This document shows, piece after piece, positions 35,100 to 42,872 of a stretch of DNA of 46,235 nucleotides. The notes under the pieces were generated by a model. It was not told where the DNA came from. It ran no database searches and saw nothing but the letters and a program-made list of their open reading frames with translations. Location of the stretch: positions 1,203 to 47,437 of the forward strand of contig CAZHLU010000002.1 of NCBI GenBank assembly GCA_964533435.1. Reading direction: 5' to 3'. This DNA is from an uncultured Gammaproteobacteria bacterium. GTDB lineage: Bacteria > Patescibacteriota > Patescibacteriia > UBA1558 > GWA2-36-10. The translations under genes were made by a program, and so were the position numbers. Positions within the stretch are counted from its first letter, which is position 1; every line of letters begins with the position of its first letter.

Positions 35100-35127
35100 A
35101 TCATAGCATATTATATAAAAATGTCAA
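35100..35127 (-). promoter_or_regulatory. Promoter of the ~340-nt RNA
   Basis: On the - strand: TTGACA (35127-35122), 16-nt spacer, TATGAT (35105-35100). Confidence 0.55.
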
Positions 35128-35130
35128 GAT

Positions 35131-35158
35131 ATAAAAGAAAAAGGCCCTAAAGGGCCTT
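35131..35158 (-). terminator. Terminator of the mini zinc-ribbon gene
   Basis: AAGGCCC (35141-35147) pairs with GGGCCTT (35152-35158), followed on the - strand by UUUUCUUUU. The hairpin overlaps the stop codon. Confidence 0.7.
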
Positions 35159-35345
35159 AAAACTTCTTAAAAGGGCTAGGTTTACGATCTTTGGCTACTG
35201 GCGGCCTATAAATATTAGTACTATGGCATTTGGGGCAATTATCAGGCATATCGATAATTGGTATTTTAGGGTTTGTAACTATTGGGTCACCTGGTTTGTA
35301 GCCACAATCTCGACAATGACTTTTGTCAGTAAATTCAAATACCAT
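35157..35345 (-). CDS. Mini zinc-ribbon protein
   Basis: 62 aa with CRDC...CPKC (CxxC-x27-CxxC). SD AAAGGAG lies upstream of the ATG at 35345. Confidence 0.55.
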   Translation of the reverse strand: MVFEFTDKSHCRDCGYKPGDPIVTNPKIPIIDMPDNCPKCHSTNIYRPPVAKDRKPSPFKKF

Positions 35346-35494
35346 TGTTGGCTCCTTTTGAGGTTTAGAGTTAGTGTACAGCGAATATTGCTAAAATTAT
35401 CATAAAATAGCTAAACTAGCAATAAATTTAGTAGTCTATCTAAAAAACAGTTTATCAAGTATACTATGTTTAGAATATTTAAATATAGATAAAT

Positions 35495-35995
35495 ATGAGG
35501 GTACCAAGAAGAAAGGCTGGAGAATTTACTTTTGCTAAACCAGATCCTTTAATTACAGCTGAAAAATTAACAGAGCTTAAAGCTAACTTAGAAAAATTAA
35601 AAAATATTATTCAACCAGAACTTGCTAGCGAAGTTAAGCGTTTAGCCTTGATGGGTGATTTTTCAGAAAACGCTGCCTATCAAATAGCCAAAGGCCGTTT
35701 GCGCGGAGTAAATCAAAAAATTACAGATTTACAAAAACAAATTGATATTGCAGAAATCATTGAAACCAATACTAAGTCCTCTACTGTGAAGATTGGTAGT
35801 CTAGTGAGTGTAGAAGTAAATCAAGCCATAAAAAAATACCGCATCTTAGGATCTTTAGAAACTAATCCTAGTAGCGGTGTAATATCATATAATTCCCCTT
35901 TGGGACAGGCCTTGCTTAATAAAGCAGTGGGTGCGGTTTTAGAAATTAAATTAGGAGATAATATAGTAACTTATAAAATATTAAAAATAGAATAG
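35495..35995 (+). CDS. greA: Transcription elongation factor GreA
   Basis: 166 aa. N-terminal coiled coil containing GDFSENAAY, and a C-terminal FKBP-like domain (ISYNSPLGQALLNKAVG). Confidence 0.88.
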   Translation: MRVPRRKAGEFTFAKPDPLITAEKLTELKANLEKLKNIIQPELASEVKRLALMGDFSENAAYQIAKGRLRGVNQKITDLQKQIDIAEIIETNTKSSTVKIGSLVSVEVNQAIKKYRILGSLETNPSSGVISYNSPLGQALLNKAVGAVLEIKLGDNIVTYKILKIE

Positions 35996-35996
35996 G

Positions 35997-37055
35997 TTAA
36001 ATAATTTGTCCGCTAGCAATTAATTCTTTGCCTTTGTAGATAGCTAAAATTTGCCCTGAGGCTACACCTTTTTGGGCATTTTTAAATTCAGCAATAATAT
36101 TATTGTCTTGTTTTTTGATAGTTAAGTCTTGTTCGGGTTGGCGATAACGAATTTGAGCTTTGGCTTTTAGGGGTAATTTATATTCTTTATTTAACCAGTG
36201 TAAAGAAGAAATTTGTAGAGTATTTTTGTATAATTTTAAGTCGCCTTCTTTAGCAACGGTAATTTGATTTTGAGCCAAATCTTTAGCTACGATATACCAG
36301 GGACCACCAGCTAAATTAAGGCCTTGGCGTTGACCAATAGTATAATACCAAACTCCTTGGTGTTCCCCAATTTTTTTACCATTAGTATCTACTATCTCCC
36401 CTACTTTTGGTTTTATTTTTTGAGATAAAAAAGTTTTTAAATCTATTTTACCAATAAAACAAATACCTTGACTGTCAGGACGACTGGCGTTAGGAAGACT
36501 TACAAGTTTGGCGATTTGTCTGACTTTTGGCTTGATTAAATCAGCAATGGGAAATAAAGCTTTGGATAATTGTGTTTGAGTAAGTCCAGATAAAAAATAA
36601 GATTGATCTTTGTTATTATCCTTAGCTCGCATGAGATGGTAGCCGTGTCGATCTTTCTTAACTTTGGCATAGTGACCAGTAGCAATTTTATCAAAACCAA
36701 GTTCAATCGCCTTTTCTAAAAATAATTTAAATTTAATTTCATTATTACATAAAATATCTGGATTGGGAGTTAAACCATTTTGATAAGAATCAAAAATATA
36801 ATTTACTACCTTTTCATGATACTCTTTTTCAAAATCAAAAGTGCGGATATTTACGCCTAAAAAAGCAGCTACTCGATAAGCCATGATCCGATCTTCTTTC
36901 CAAGGGCATTCGCCTTTTAGATTTACTTTTTCGGAAAAGTTTTTCATAAAGGCAGCTTCTACTTCGTAGCCTTGTTTTTTAAGTAAGTACAAAGCTACAG
37001 CCGAGTCTACTCCGCCTGATAAAGCTACTAATATTTTTGGCTTTTTTGAAGTCAT
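35997..37055 (-). CDS. mnmA: tRNA 2-thiouridine(34) synthase MnmA
   Basis: 352 aa with a PP-loop (VALSGGVDSAV), NPDILCN, KDQSYFL and QGICF motifs. Confidence 0.93.
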   Translation of the reverse strand: MTSKKPKILVALSGGVDSAVALYLLKKQGYEVEAAFMKNFSEKVNLKGECPWKEDRIMAYRVAAFLGVNIRTFDFEKEYHEKVVNYIFDSYQNGLTPNPDILCNNEIKFKLFLEKAIELGFDKIATGHYAKVKKDRHGYHLMRAKDNNKDQSYFLSGLTQTQLSKALFPIADLIKPKVRQIAKLVSLPNASRPDSQGICFIGKIDLKTFLSQKIKPKVGEIVDTNGKKIGEHQGVWYYTIGQRQGLNLAGGPWYIVAKDLAQNQITVAKEGDLKLYKNTLQISSLHWLNKEYKLPLKAKAQIRYRQPEQDLTIKKQDNNIIAEFKNAQKGVASGQILAIYKGKELIASGQII

Positions 37056-37196
37056 TACTTTATACTATAATATTTTATCTACTTTTTGTCAATATAATTT
37101 AATTGACTTTAGACTATATTAGGAGTATTTTATATGCAAGTTAAATTGTACTTTTACGCCCCACCAACCACGATCCAATAGCAAGGGAGGTTAGAC

Positions 37197-37496
37197 ATGA
37201 CCGACAACAAAGAGATCGTGGTGGTTCAGCGAAAGCTACTAGTTGAGGTAGTGGTGGCAAACGAAGAGATGGCCGACAAGATCATCAAGATGGTGCAGGA
37301 GGTTGACGAACGTGTTCGTCAGGAACGCATTTCTTTCGTGGTCGATAGTCACGAAAAGATGGCTGATGGTCACCATATTCGCATCCTCTGCGAATGGAGA
37401 CAACAGACGCACCTGCAAAACATCTTGGCTGAGATCAGCAAAGTGCTCGGCCTTCATTTCCGTGACCCAACTCTTCAACAGCCAAGCTCAGACTGA
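37197..37496 (+). CDS. Small acidic hypothetical protein with foreign (GC3-rich) codon usage
   Basis: 99 aa. Strong SD AGGGAGG (37184-37190) lies 6 nt before the ATG, and a dedicated terminator follows. Codons mostly end in G/C, unlike all neighbouring genes. No recognisable domain. Confidence 0.55.
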   Translation: MTDNKEIVVVQRKLLVEVVVANEEMADKIIKMVQEVDERVRQERISFVVDSHEKMADGHHIRILCEWRQQTHLQNILAEISKVLGLHFRDPTLQQPSSD

Positions 37497-37506
37497 ATCG
37501 CCCCTA

Positions 37507-37540
37507 GGGCAAGCTAGCGACTTGCCCTTTTTATTTTTAT
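37507..37540 (+). terminator. Terminator of the GC-rich small ORF
   Basis: GGGCAAG (37507-37513) pairs with CTTGCCC (37521-37527), followed by TTTTTATTTTT. Confidence 0.8.
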
Positions 37541-37547
37541 ATAAAAT

Positions 37548-37579
37548 AAAAGACAGGCCTTATTTAGGCCAGTCTTTTT
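37548..37579 (-). terminator. Terminator of the ATPase/salvage operon
   Basis: AAAGAC-A-GGCC (37549-37559) pairs with GGCC-A-GTCTTT (37567-37577), with T-rich sequence on the - strand. Lies immediately after the NUDIX stop. Confidence 0.65.
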
Positions 37580-37973
37580 ATTTGATAAAATTAAAATGTT
37601 TTAAGACAGGTAATATATTAGGAGCTAAACCTTCTGGCAGTTGATCAAGGTCAAACCAACCCCAATTTTTAATATCTGGTCCTGGTTTTATTTCACCTAC
37701 TCTTTTGGCTAAATAGTGAACCAAGAGTACGTCAACGCGAGCATCGCTTAAGTCTTTGTAGGCCCAGGTAATAAAAGGCTCTGGGTTTAAAATTTCTAAT
37801 TCAATACCCATTTCTTCTTTAGCCTCTCGAATAGCCGCGCTAATCAAATTTTTTTCATAATCCTCTACCCTGCCACCACAAAATTTCCAAAAATTATCAT
37901 CGCCATGTTGATTGAGTAATACTTTATTGTTTTCAACAATAACTGGACCAGAGGCAATAATTATTTTAGGCAT
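37578..37973 (-). CDS. NUDIX hydrolase
   Basis: 131 aa with Nudix box GGRVEDYEKNLISAAIREAKEEMGIE. Starts 2 nt after the upstream stop. Confidence 0.85.
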   Translation of the reverse strand: MPKIIIASGPVIVENNKVLLNQHGDDNFWKFCGGRVEDYEKNLISAAIREAKEEMGIELEILNPEPFITWAYKDLSDARVDVLLVHYLAKRVGEIKPGPDIKNWGWFDLDQLPEGLAPNILPVLKHFNFIK

Positions 37974-37975
37974 AA

Positions 37976-39469
37976 TTAAGAAATTTTAAAAATTGATATT
38001 TTTTCTAAGGCAACACTAGCTAAATGTATGCGATCTTTACTACGAGCATATAAAGTAAATAAGCGCTCGCCTTTTTTAACGTGATTGCCGTATTCTTTAT
38101 TTAAATAGACGCCGGCTAATTTATCACTTGGTGCGCCTAAAATACGAGCAATGGTATTTAAGCCTTTATTATCGGTAAAAGTTATTTTACCAGACTTAGG
38201 AGCAGTAATATATTTTTTACAAGCACCAATCACAATATCTTCAGGATCAATTTCTGAATTACCACCTTGGGCTTTAATAATTTCTTGCATTTTTTTCCAA
38301 GCAGCACCAGATTCTAGGGCTTGCCAAGCCATTTTAGCACCGTGTCCTTTTTTGGTTTTGCCAGTAAGTTCAAGTAGTTCACCGGCTAGATGAATGGCTT
38401 TATTGGCTAAATCGGTTGGATAACCATCTTTTTGTTGCAAAACACGTAAAACATCTCTTGCTTCTAAGGATGGACCTACGCCACGACCAACTGGATCTTC
38501 GGCTCTAATCATCACTACTTTAATTTTAATGCCAAATCTAGAGGCTAAATACTTGAATTTTCTTTCTAATTCTTTAGCAACCTTCATATCTGGTATTTTG
38601 GTAGTAACACCAACCGGCATATCGATAATCAAATGAGTAATACCCATAGCAACCTTTTTAGCCATAATACTAACTAACATTTTATCGTATGGCTCTAAAG
38701 ATAATGGATAAGATACTTTTAATATTTTATCATCAGCTGGTGCTAAATTTAAACCGCCACCCCATACTAGACAGGCGCCAGTTTTTTTAACTATTTTACG
38801 AATTTCATCAGCGGTAAAAGATACTGGAGCAAGTACTTCCATAGTATCTGCCGTGCCCGCTGGCGAAGTAATAGCCCTAGAAGAAGTTTTAGGTATTATT
38901 AAGCCTAAAGAAGCTAAAATAGGGATAGCCACCATGGTAGTCCTGTTTCCTGCTAATCCACCAACTGAGTGTTTATCAGCCACTAAGCCATGAAACTTAA
39001 TAACTTCACCAGTTTCAGCCATAGCTTTAGTCATGTAATAGAGCTCTTGATCAGTATAATTTTTGATAAAACTAGAAGCTACAAAATAAGTAATTTCAGT
39101 TCTAGTTAAAATACCATTGCTAATATCGGAAAATATTTGGTAAAAATCTTGGTAAGTTAATTTTTTCTTTAAGAGCCTTTTTTTAATAGCTTGGATAGAT
39201 TTGGCTCTTTCTAAAAATTCTACTTCTACAATAGTGTTTTGAGGAATGGTCATCTTTTCCCAAATATCACGATACAAAGCAATTTGTCCGGGCTTTACTC
39301 TGGTGCTAGAAGTGTTAGCTTCGGCTATAATTCTATTTTTTTGCCATAAAATTTCTATTTTATCGCCAGCTCTAATGCCATAGCGCATGGCTTCCTCTTC
39401 GTTGACTAAAGCAATATTTGCTTGGCCAGTTTCAATGTCTAGTTTTTTGATTTTTAGATAATAAGGCAT
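37976..39469 (-). CDS. AMP phosphorylase / thymidine-phosphorylase-family enzyme (archaeal DeoA type)
   Basis: 497 aa. An ~85-aa N-terminal extra domain precedes the glycosyl-transferase family 3 core (HSVGGLAGNRTT, SSRAITSPAGTADTME). This length and architecture match AMP phosphorylases rather than the ~440-aa bacterial thymidine phosphorylases. Confidence 0.8.
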   Translation of the reverse strand: MPYYLKIKKLDIETGQANIALVNEEEAMRYGIRAGDKIEILWQKNRIIAEANTSSTRVKPGQIALYRDIWEKMTIPQNTIVEVEFLERAKSIQAIKKRLLKKKLTYQDFYQIFSDISNGILTRTEITYFVASSFIKNYTDQELYYMTKAMAETGEVIKFHGLVADKHSVGGLAGNRTTMVAIPILASLGLIIPKTSSRAITSPAGTADTMEVLAPVSFTADEIRKIVKKTGACLVWGGGLNLAPADDKILKVSYPLSLEPYDKMLVSIMAKKVAMGITHLIIDMPVGVTTKIPDMKVAKELERKFKYLASRFGIKIKVVMIRAEDPVGRGVGPSLEARDVLRVLQQKDGYPTDLANKAIHLAGELLELTGKTKKGHGAKMAWQALESGAAWKKMQEIIKAQGGNSEIDPEDIVIGACKKYITAPKSGKITFTDNKGLNTIARILGAPSDKLAGVYLNKEYGNHVKKGERLFTLYARSKDRIHLASVALEKISIFKIS

Positions 39470-39472
39470 AGA

Positions 39473-41230
39473 TTAAAATTTTATTACTTGACCAGGCTTT
39501 AAGATTTGACTGGATTTTTGATTAGAAGTTTGAGTTTTATTTTTTGTTATATTAGGACTAGTGTTTTGATTGGATACAGGTTTAGCTTTGATAGCATCAG
39601 CTAGAGAAATAAATGATTCTTTGCTTTCGTCTGTTTTTTCTTCTGCCACAACCTCATCCTTGGGTGATGTTGGCTTTACTATTTTAATACTAGACGGAGA
39701 AGGAATTTTACCTTGTTTTGCTAGTTCTAAACAATTGTTGCAATACACTGGTCGATTTGGATCAGGATCAAAATTAATTTCTGTTTCCTTACCACAATAA
39801 GTGCAATTTATTTTATTGACAACGCTAGGCTTTTTAGCTTTAGCTTCTTTTTTAGCAGCCATTTTACTAGCAAAAGTAGGTTTAGCTGGAGCTTTGGCTT
39901 TACTAGCTACAGGCTCTTTATTTTCACTCCAACGTGTAATTTTGTCTTCAATAATTTCACGAGGTTTAGCATAACGTTCACGAGAAACTTTAACTACTTT
40001 TTCTTTAATGCCAGTAGAATTTTCAGGTGTAGCTACAGGTGGCAAACCAATAGCTGAAAAAGGTTCAGTAGTGACGCCATTAATCATTAATTTCAAATAC
40101 ATTTCAAACTTTGACAGATTAACTAAATCTTCTTGAGTAAAAATTGGAAAAAATTCTTTTTCTAAAAATTCAGCATCATTAGCACCTACCCTAAAGGCTA
40201 CAATAGTACCGACATTGCCGAAAACGGCAGATTTAATAGTTTCATCACTACCAAATTTTAATTGATCTATGTATTGGTGGGCAATTACTAAATTAAGGGC
40301 ATATTTACGAGCTTCGGATAAGATATTAGCAAAACTATGAGTAGCAAAATTTTGAAATTCATCAACATAAAGATAAAAATCTTTTCTATCTTTTTCAGGG
40401 GTATCAACCCTAGACATGACTGCCAGCTGAATCTTGGTAATCATCATAGAACCAAGTAAAGCCGAATTATCTTCGCCTACCCTACCTTTAGAAAGATTTA
40501 GTAAAAGAATTTTTTCTTCATCCATTACTTCGCGCATAGAAAAAGAAGATTTGACCTGACCTAAAACATTTCTAATTAAAGAAGATGACAAAAAGCGTCC
40601 AACCTTATTTTGAATTGGAGCAATAGCTTCAGCTTGAAAACGGTCAGGATATTTAGAATATTCATCCACCCAGAAAGCTTTGACTACCGGGTCAGTAATT
40701 TTTTCGATTACTCTTTCTCTAAAATTCTTGTCAGTCAGAATACGCATAATACCCAAAAGTGTAGAACCTGGGTATTCAAGTAATGCCGAAATTGCATGGT
40801 GTAAAACGTATTCAAGTCTTGGTCCCCAAGAATCAGCCCATATTTTTTTAAAGACGCCAATCAGACCAGATACAACTAAATGTCGCTGTTCAATATTAAC
40901 ACTTTCTAAAACATTAAAAGCAATCGGATAATCAAGGTCAGCTGGATTAAAATAAATAACGTCATTAATACGTTCTGGTGGTATAAAATCAATTACTTTT
41001 TCAACTAAATCGCCGTGTGGATCAACTACACAAACACCTCGTCCATTACGGATGTCTTGGATAATCATGTTTTCCAACATGGTACTTTTACCCATACCAG
41101 TCTTACCAATGATATACATGTGTTTACGTCGGTCGTCTGGTTTAATACCAAATTTAACCTGAGAATTACGAAAATTCGTCTGGGCAAAAACAGTTACATC
41201 TTGATTATTATTTTTATTTTGCGAATGCAT
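39473..41230 (-). CDS. Anchorless VirD4/TraD/HerA-like P-loop ATPase with C-terminal CxxC-x17-CxxC zinc ribbon
   Basis: 585 aa. Walker A is IIGKTGMGKS and Walker B is FYLYVDEFQNF. No TM segment. The C-terminal K/A-rich linker leads to CTYCGKETEINFDPDPNRPVYCNNC, encoded at about 39733-39806. Confidence 0.8.
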   Translation of the reverse strand: MHSQNKNNNQDVTVFAQTNFRNSQVKFGIKPDDRRKHMYIIGKTGMGKSTMLENMIIQDIRNGRGVCVVDPHGDLVEKVIDFIPPERINDVIYFNPADLDYPIAFNVLESVNIEQRHLVVSGLIGVFKKIWADSWGPRLEYVLHHAISALLEYPGSTLLGIMRILTDKNFRERVIEKITDPVVKAFWVDEYSKYPDRFQAEAIAPIQNKVGRFLSSSLIRNVLGQVKSSFSMREVMDEEKILLLNLSKGRVGEDNSALLGSMMITKIQLAVMSRVDTPEKDRKDFYLYVDEFQNFATHSFANILSEARKYALNLVIAHQYIDQLKFGSDETIKSAVFGNVGTIVAFRVGANDAEFLEKEFFPIFTQEDLVNLSKFEMYLKLMINGVTTEPFSAIGLPPVATPENSTGIKEKVVKVSRERYAKPREIIEDKITRWSENKEPVASKAKAPAKPTFASKMAAKKEAKAKKPSVVNKINCTYCGKETEINFDPDPNRPVYCNNCLELAKQGKIPSPSSIKIVKPTSPKDEVVAEEKTDESKESFISLADAIKAKPVSNQNTSPNITKNKTQTSNQKSSQILKPGQVIKF

Positions 41231-41239
41231 AAATTTAAT

Positions 41240-42757
41240 TTATTGAGGGACTATCGGTAAATCTTCTGGAGGTGAATTTTTGGAACGACGAGGCGTGACT
41301 TTAGGTTTGACATTTTGGTCAACTGGAAAATTTCTCTCATAATAAGAATTATCTAAAGATACATCAAAATCAGGAACAGTTTTAAGTTGCTTACGTAATT
41401 CTTCTTGGGCTTGTTCTTCATTAGTACCAATATCTTGCATAACAGGTAAAGCGGCTGGGGCTTGAACTTTTTTCGATTCAGTTTTTTGTAATAATGGAGT
41501 ACGAATATATTTACTTGGAAAATGCCAAAGCGAAGCAAGCTCCTCGGTATTTAAAATAAAAGAAGCGTGGCCAGCAATAAAACTACGATTTCGATAAGCT
41601 CTAATTAATCTACTGCGGCGCCAATTAGTTCTCATTTTGACAAACAGCCACTCAATTTTGGTTTTGGTTTTACCGTCTGGTTTAAAAGCATTTAAATTTA
41701 AACTACTAAATTGCTTAATCGCTCCAAAAACAGAAGCGATTACCCTTGGTGGACTATAAGTTTCTTTGGGAGATAAATAAATAAGACGAATTTTAGTGTC
41801 AAAACCAATTTTAGAAGCTTTAGTATCAATGGCTTCTAGTTTAGCTTTTTCGCCAGGAGTTAAATGCAGCATCAAGCTTGGCAAATCATCCTTCTTTTTT
41901 TCAGTTTTTTTGCCGCCAATATCACCAACTGGCCAAAAAATACTATCACCACCAGATAATTCTATTAAGCTACGCATTGAACCAAAGGCGTTTTCTAAGA
42001 TACTTTTTTTCTTTTCCTTTGGTTTTTTACCAGCAATTTTAGCTGCCTCTGCTTGACTACGTTTAGTCCAGGCAGCGTCAGTTGGTCTAAGCATAATTTG
42101 CAACCAAACTTGCTCGCCGGGTTTAATTTTGCTCATAGTTTCCAAGATGGAGGCCATTGGATCTTTGAATTCTCCGGAAACCTTATCTTCAAAGTCTAAG
42201 TAGGTTTTAATAGGATAAACATCGTTTGCAACTGGTACAACTTCAGTGCCCCACATGTTGTATTTTTCATCAGGAAAATTTTTGGGCATTTCAGTCACAT
42301 AATCTTCTACTTGGGTAATTTCCGCATCTGGATACTGAGAGTAAACAGCACTTTCAACAACATCGCGTGATTGTTCTGGGGTGCGGATTAAAAATTGAAC
42401 ATAGCCATCAATACTAACAATTTCAAAGGCAAAAGATAACTGAAACATGCCATTGTATTTATCTCTAGTACCAATTGGTGTATGAGCTCCTGATAGAGTG
42501 GCAAATAGTTGTTCAATAGCCTTGGGTGTTTGTTCAGTATCCTTAGGTATGTCTACAGCTAAGATAATAAATTTAATTTTAGAAAACCAGCTATTTTGTA
42601 TGGCATTAAGCCAGACATCATAAGCCATCATCATAATAATGATAAGATAAATTACCCAACCACCGTTTAAAATAACATAAACCATGGCATCAAGTGGTGA
42701 CATGTAAACTAGTTGGTTTAAAAAATCCGTATTAATTGTGATACTAAAATTATTCAT
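41240..42757 (-). CDS. N-terminally membrane-anchored protein, function unknown (partner of the ATPase)
   Basis: 505 aa. Has a hydrophobic N-terminal segment (AMVYVILNGGWVIYLIIIMMMAY), a large soluble domain, and lysine-rich linkers (KKPKEKKKS, GGKKTEKKKDD). Lies 9 nt upstream of the ATPase gene. Confidence 0.6.
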   Translation of the reverse strand: MNNFSITINTDFLNQLVYMSPLDAMVYVILNGGWVIYLIIIMMMAYDVWLNAIQNSWFSKIKFIILAVDIPKDTEQTPKAIEQLFATLSGAHTPIGTRDKYNGMFQLSFAFEIVSIDGYVQFLIRTPEQSRDVVESAVYSQYPDAEITQVEDYVTEMPKNFPDEKYNMWGTEVVPVANDVYPIKTYLDFEDKVSGEFKDPMASILETMSKIKPGEQVWLQIMLRPTDAAWTKRSQAEAAKIAGKKPKEKKKSILENAFGSMRSLIELSGGDSIFWPVGDIGGKKTEKKKDDLPSLMLHLTPGEKAKLEAIDTKASKIGFDTKIRLIYLSPKETYSPPRVIASVFGAIKQFSSLNLNAFKPDGKTKTKIEWLFVKMRTNWRRSRLIRAYRNRSFIAGHASFILNTEELASLWHFPSKYIRTPLLQKTESKKVQAPAALPVMQDIGTNEEQAQEELRKQLKTVPDFDVSLDNSYYERNFPVDQNVKPKVTPRRSKNSPPEDLPIVPQ

Positions 42758-42814
42758 GGCTTAAAGCTATGGTTTGATTGCTTATATTATACAATTTTTA
42801 AGGACTTTTTAAAA

Positions 42815-42860
42815 GAGCCAAAACAAAAACAAGCTCGTCCAAGTAGGATTTGCTTGTTTT
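42815..42860 (-). terminator. Terminator of the sigma-like gene
   Basis: AAAACAAGC (42826-42834) pairs with GCTTGTTTT (42852-42860), 17-nt loop, with a T-rich tract on the - strand. Confidence 0.6.
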
Positions 42861-42872
42861 TGTTTAAAATCA

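Noticed and set aside
37239-37644. Alternative ORFs over the GC-rich island (79 aa on - strand at 37239-37478; 113 aa on + strand at 37303-37644)
   Set aside because: Neither has an SD, and the + strand one reads through a strong terminator. The 37197-37496 frame has a perfect SD with correct spacing, so it is preferred, with the RNA alternative noted in the findings.
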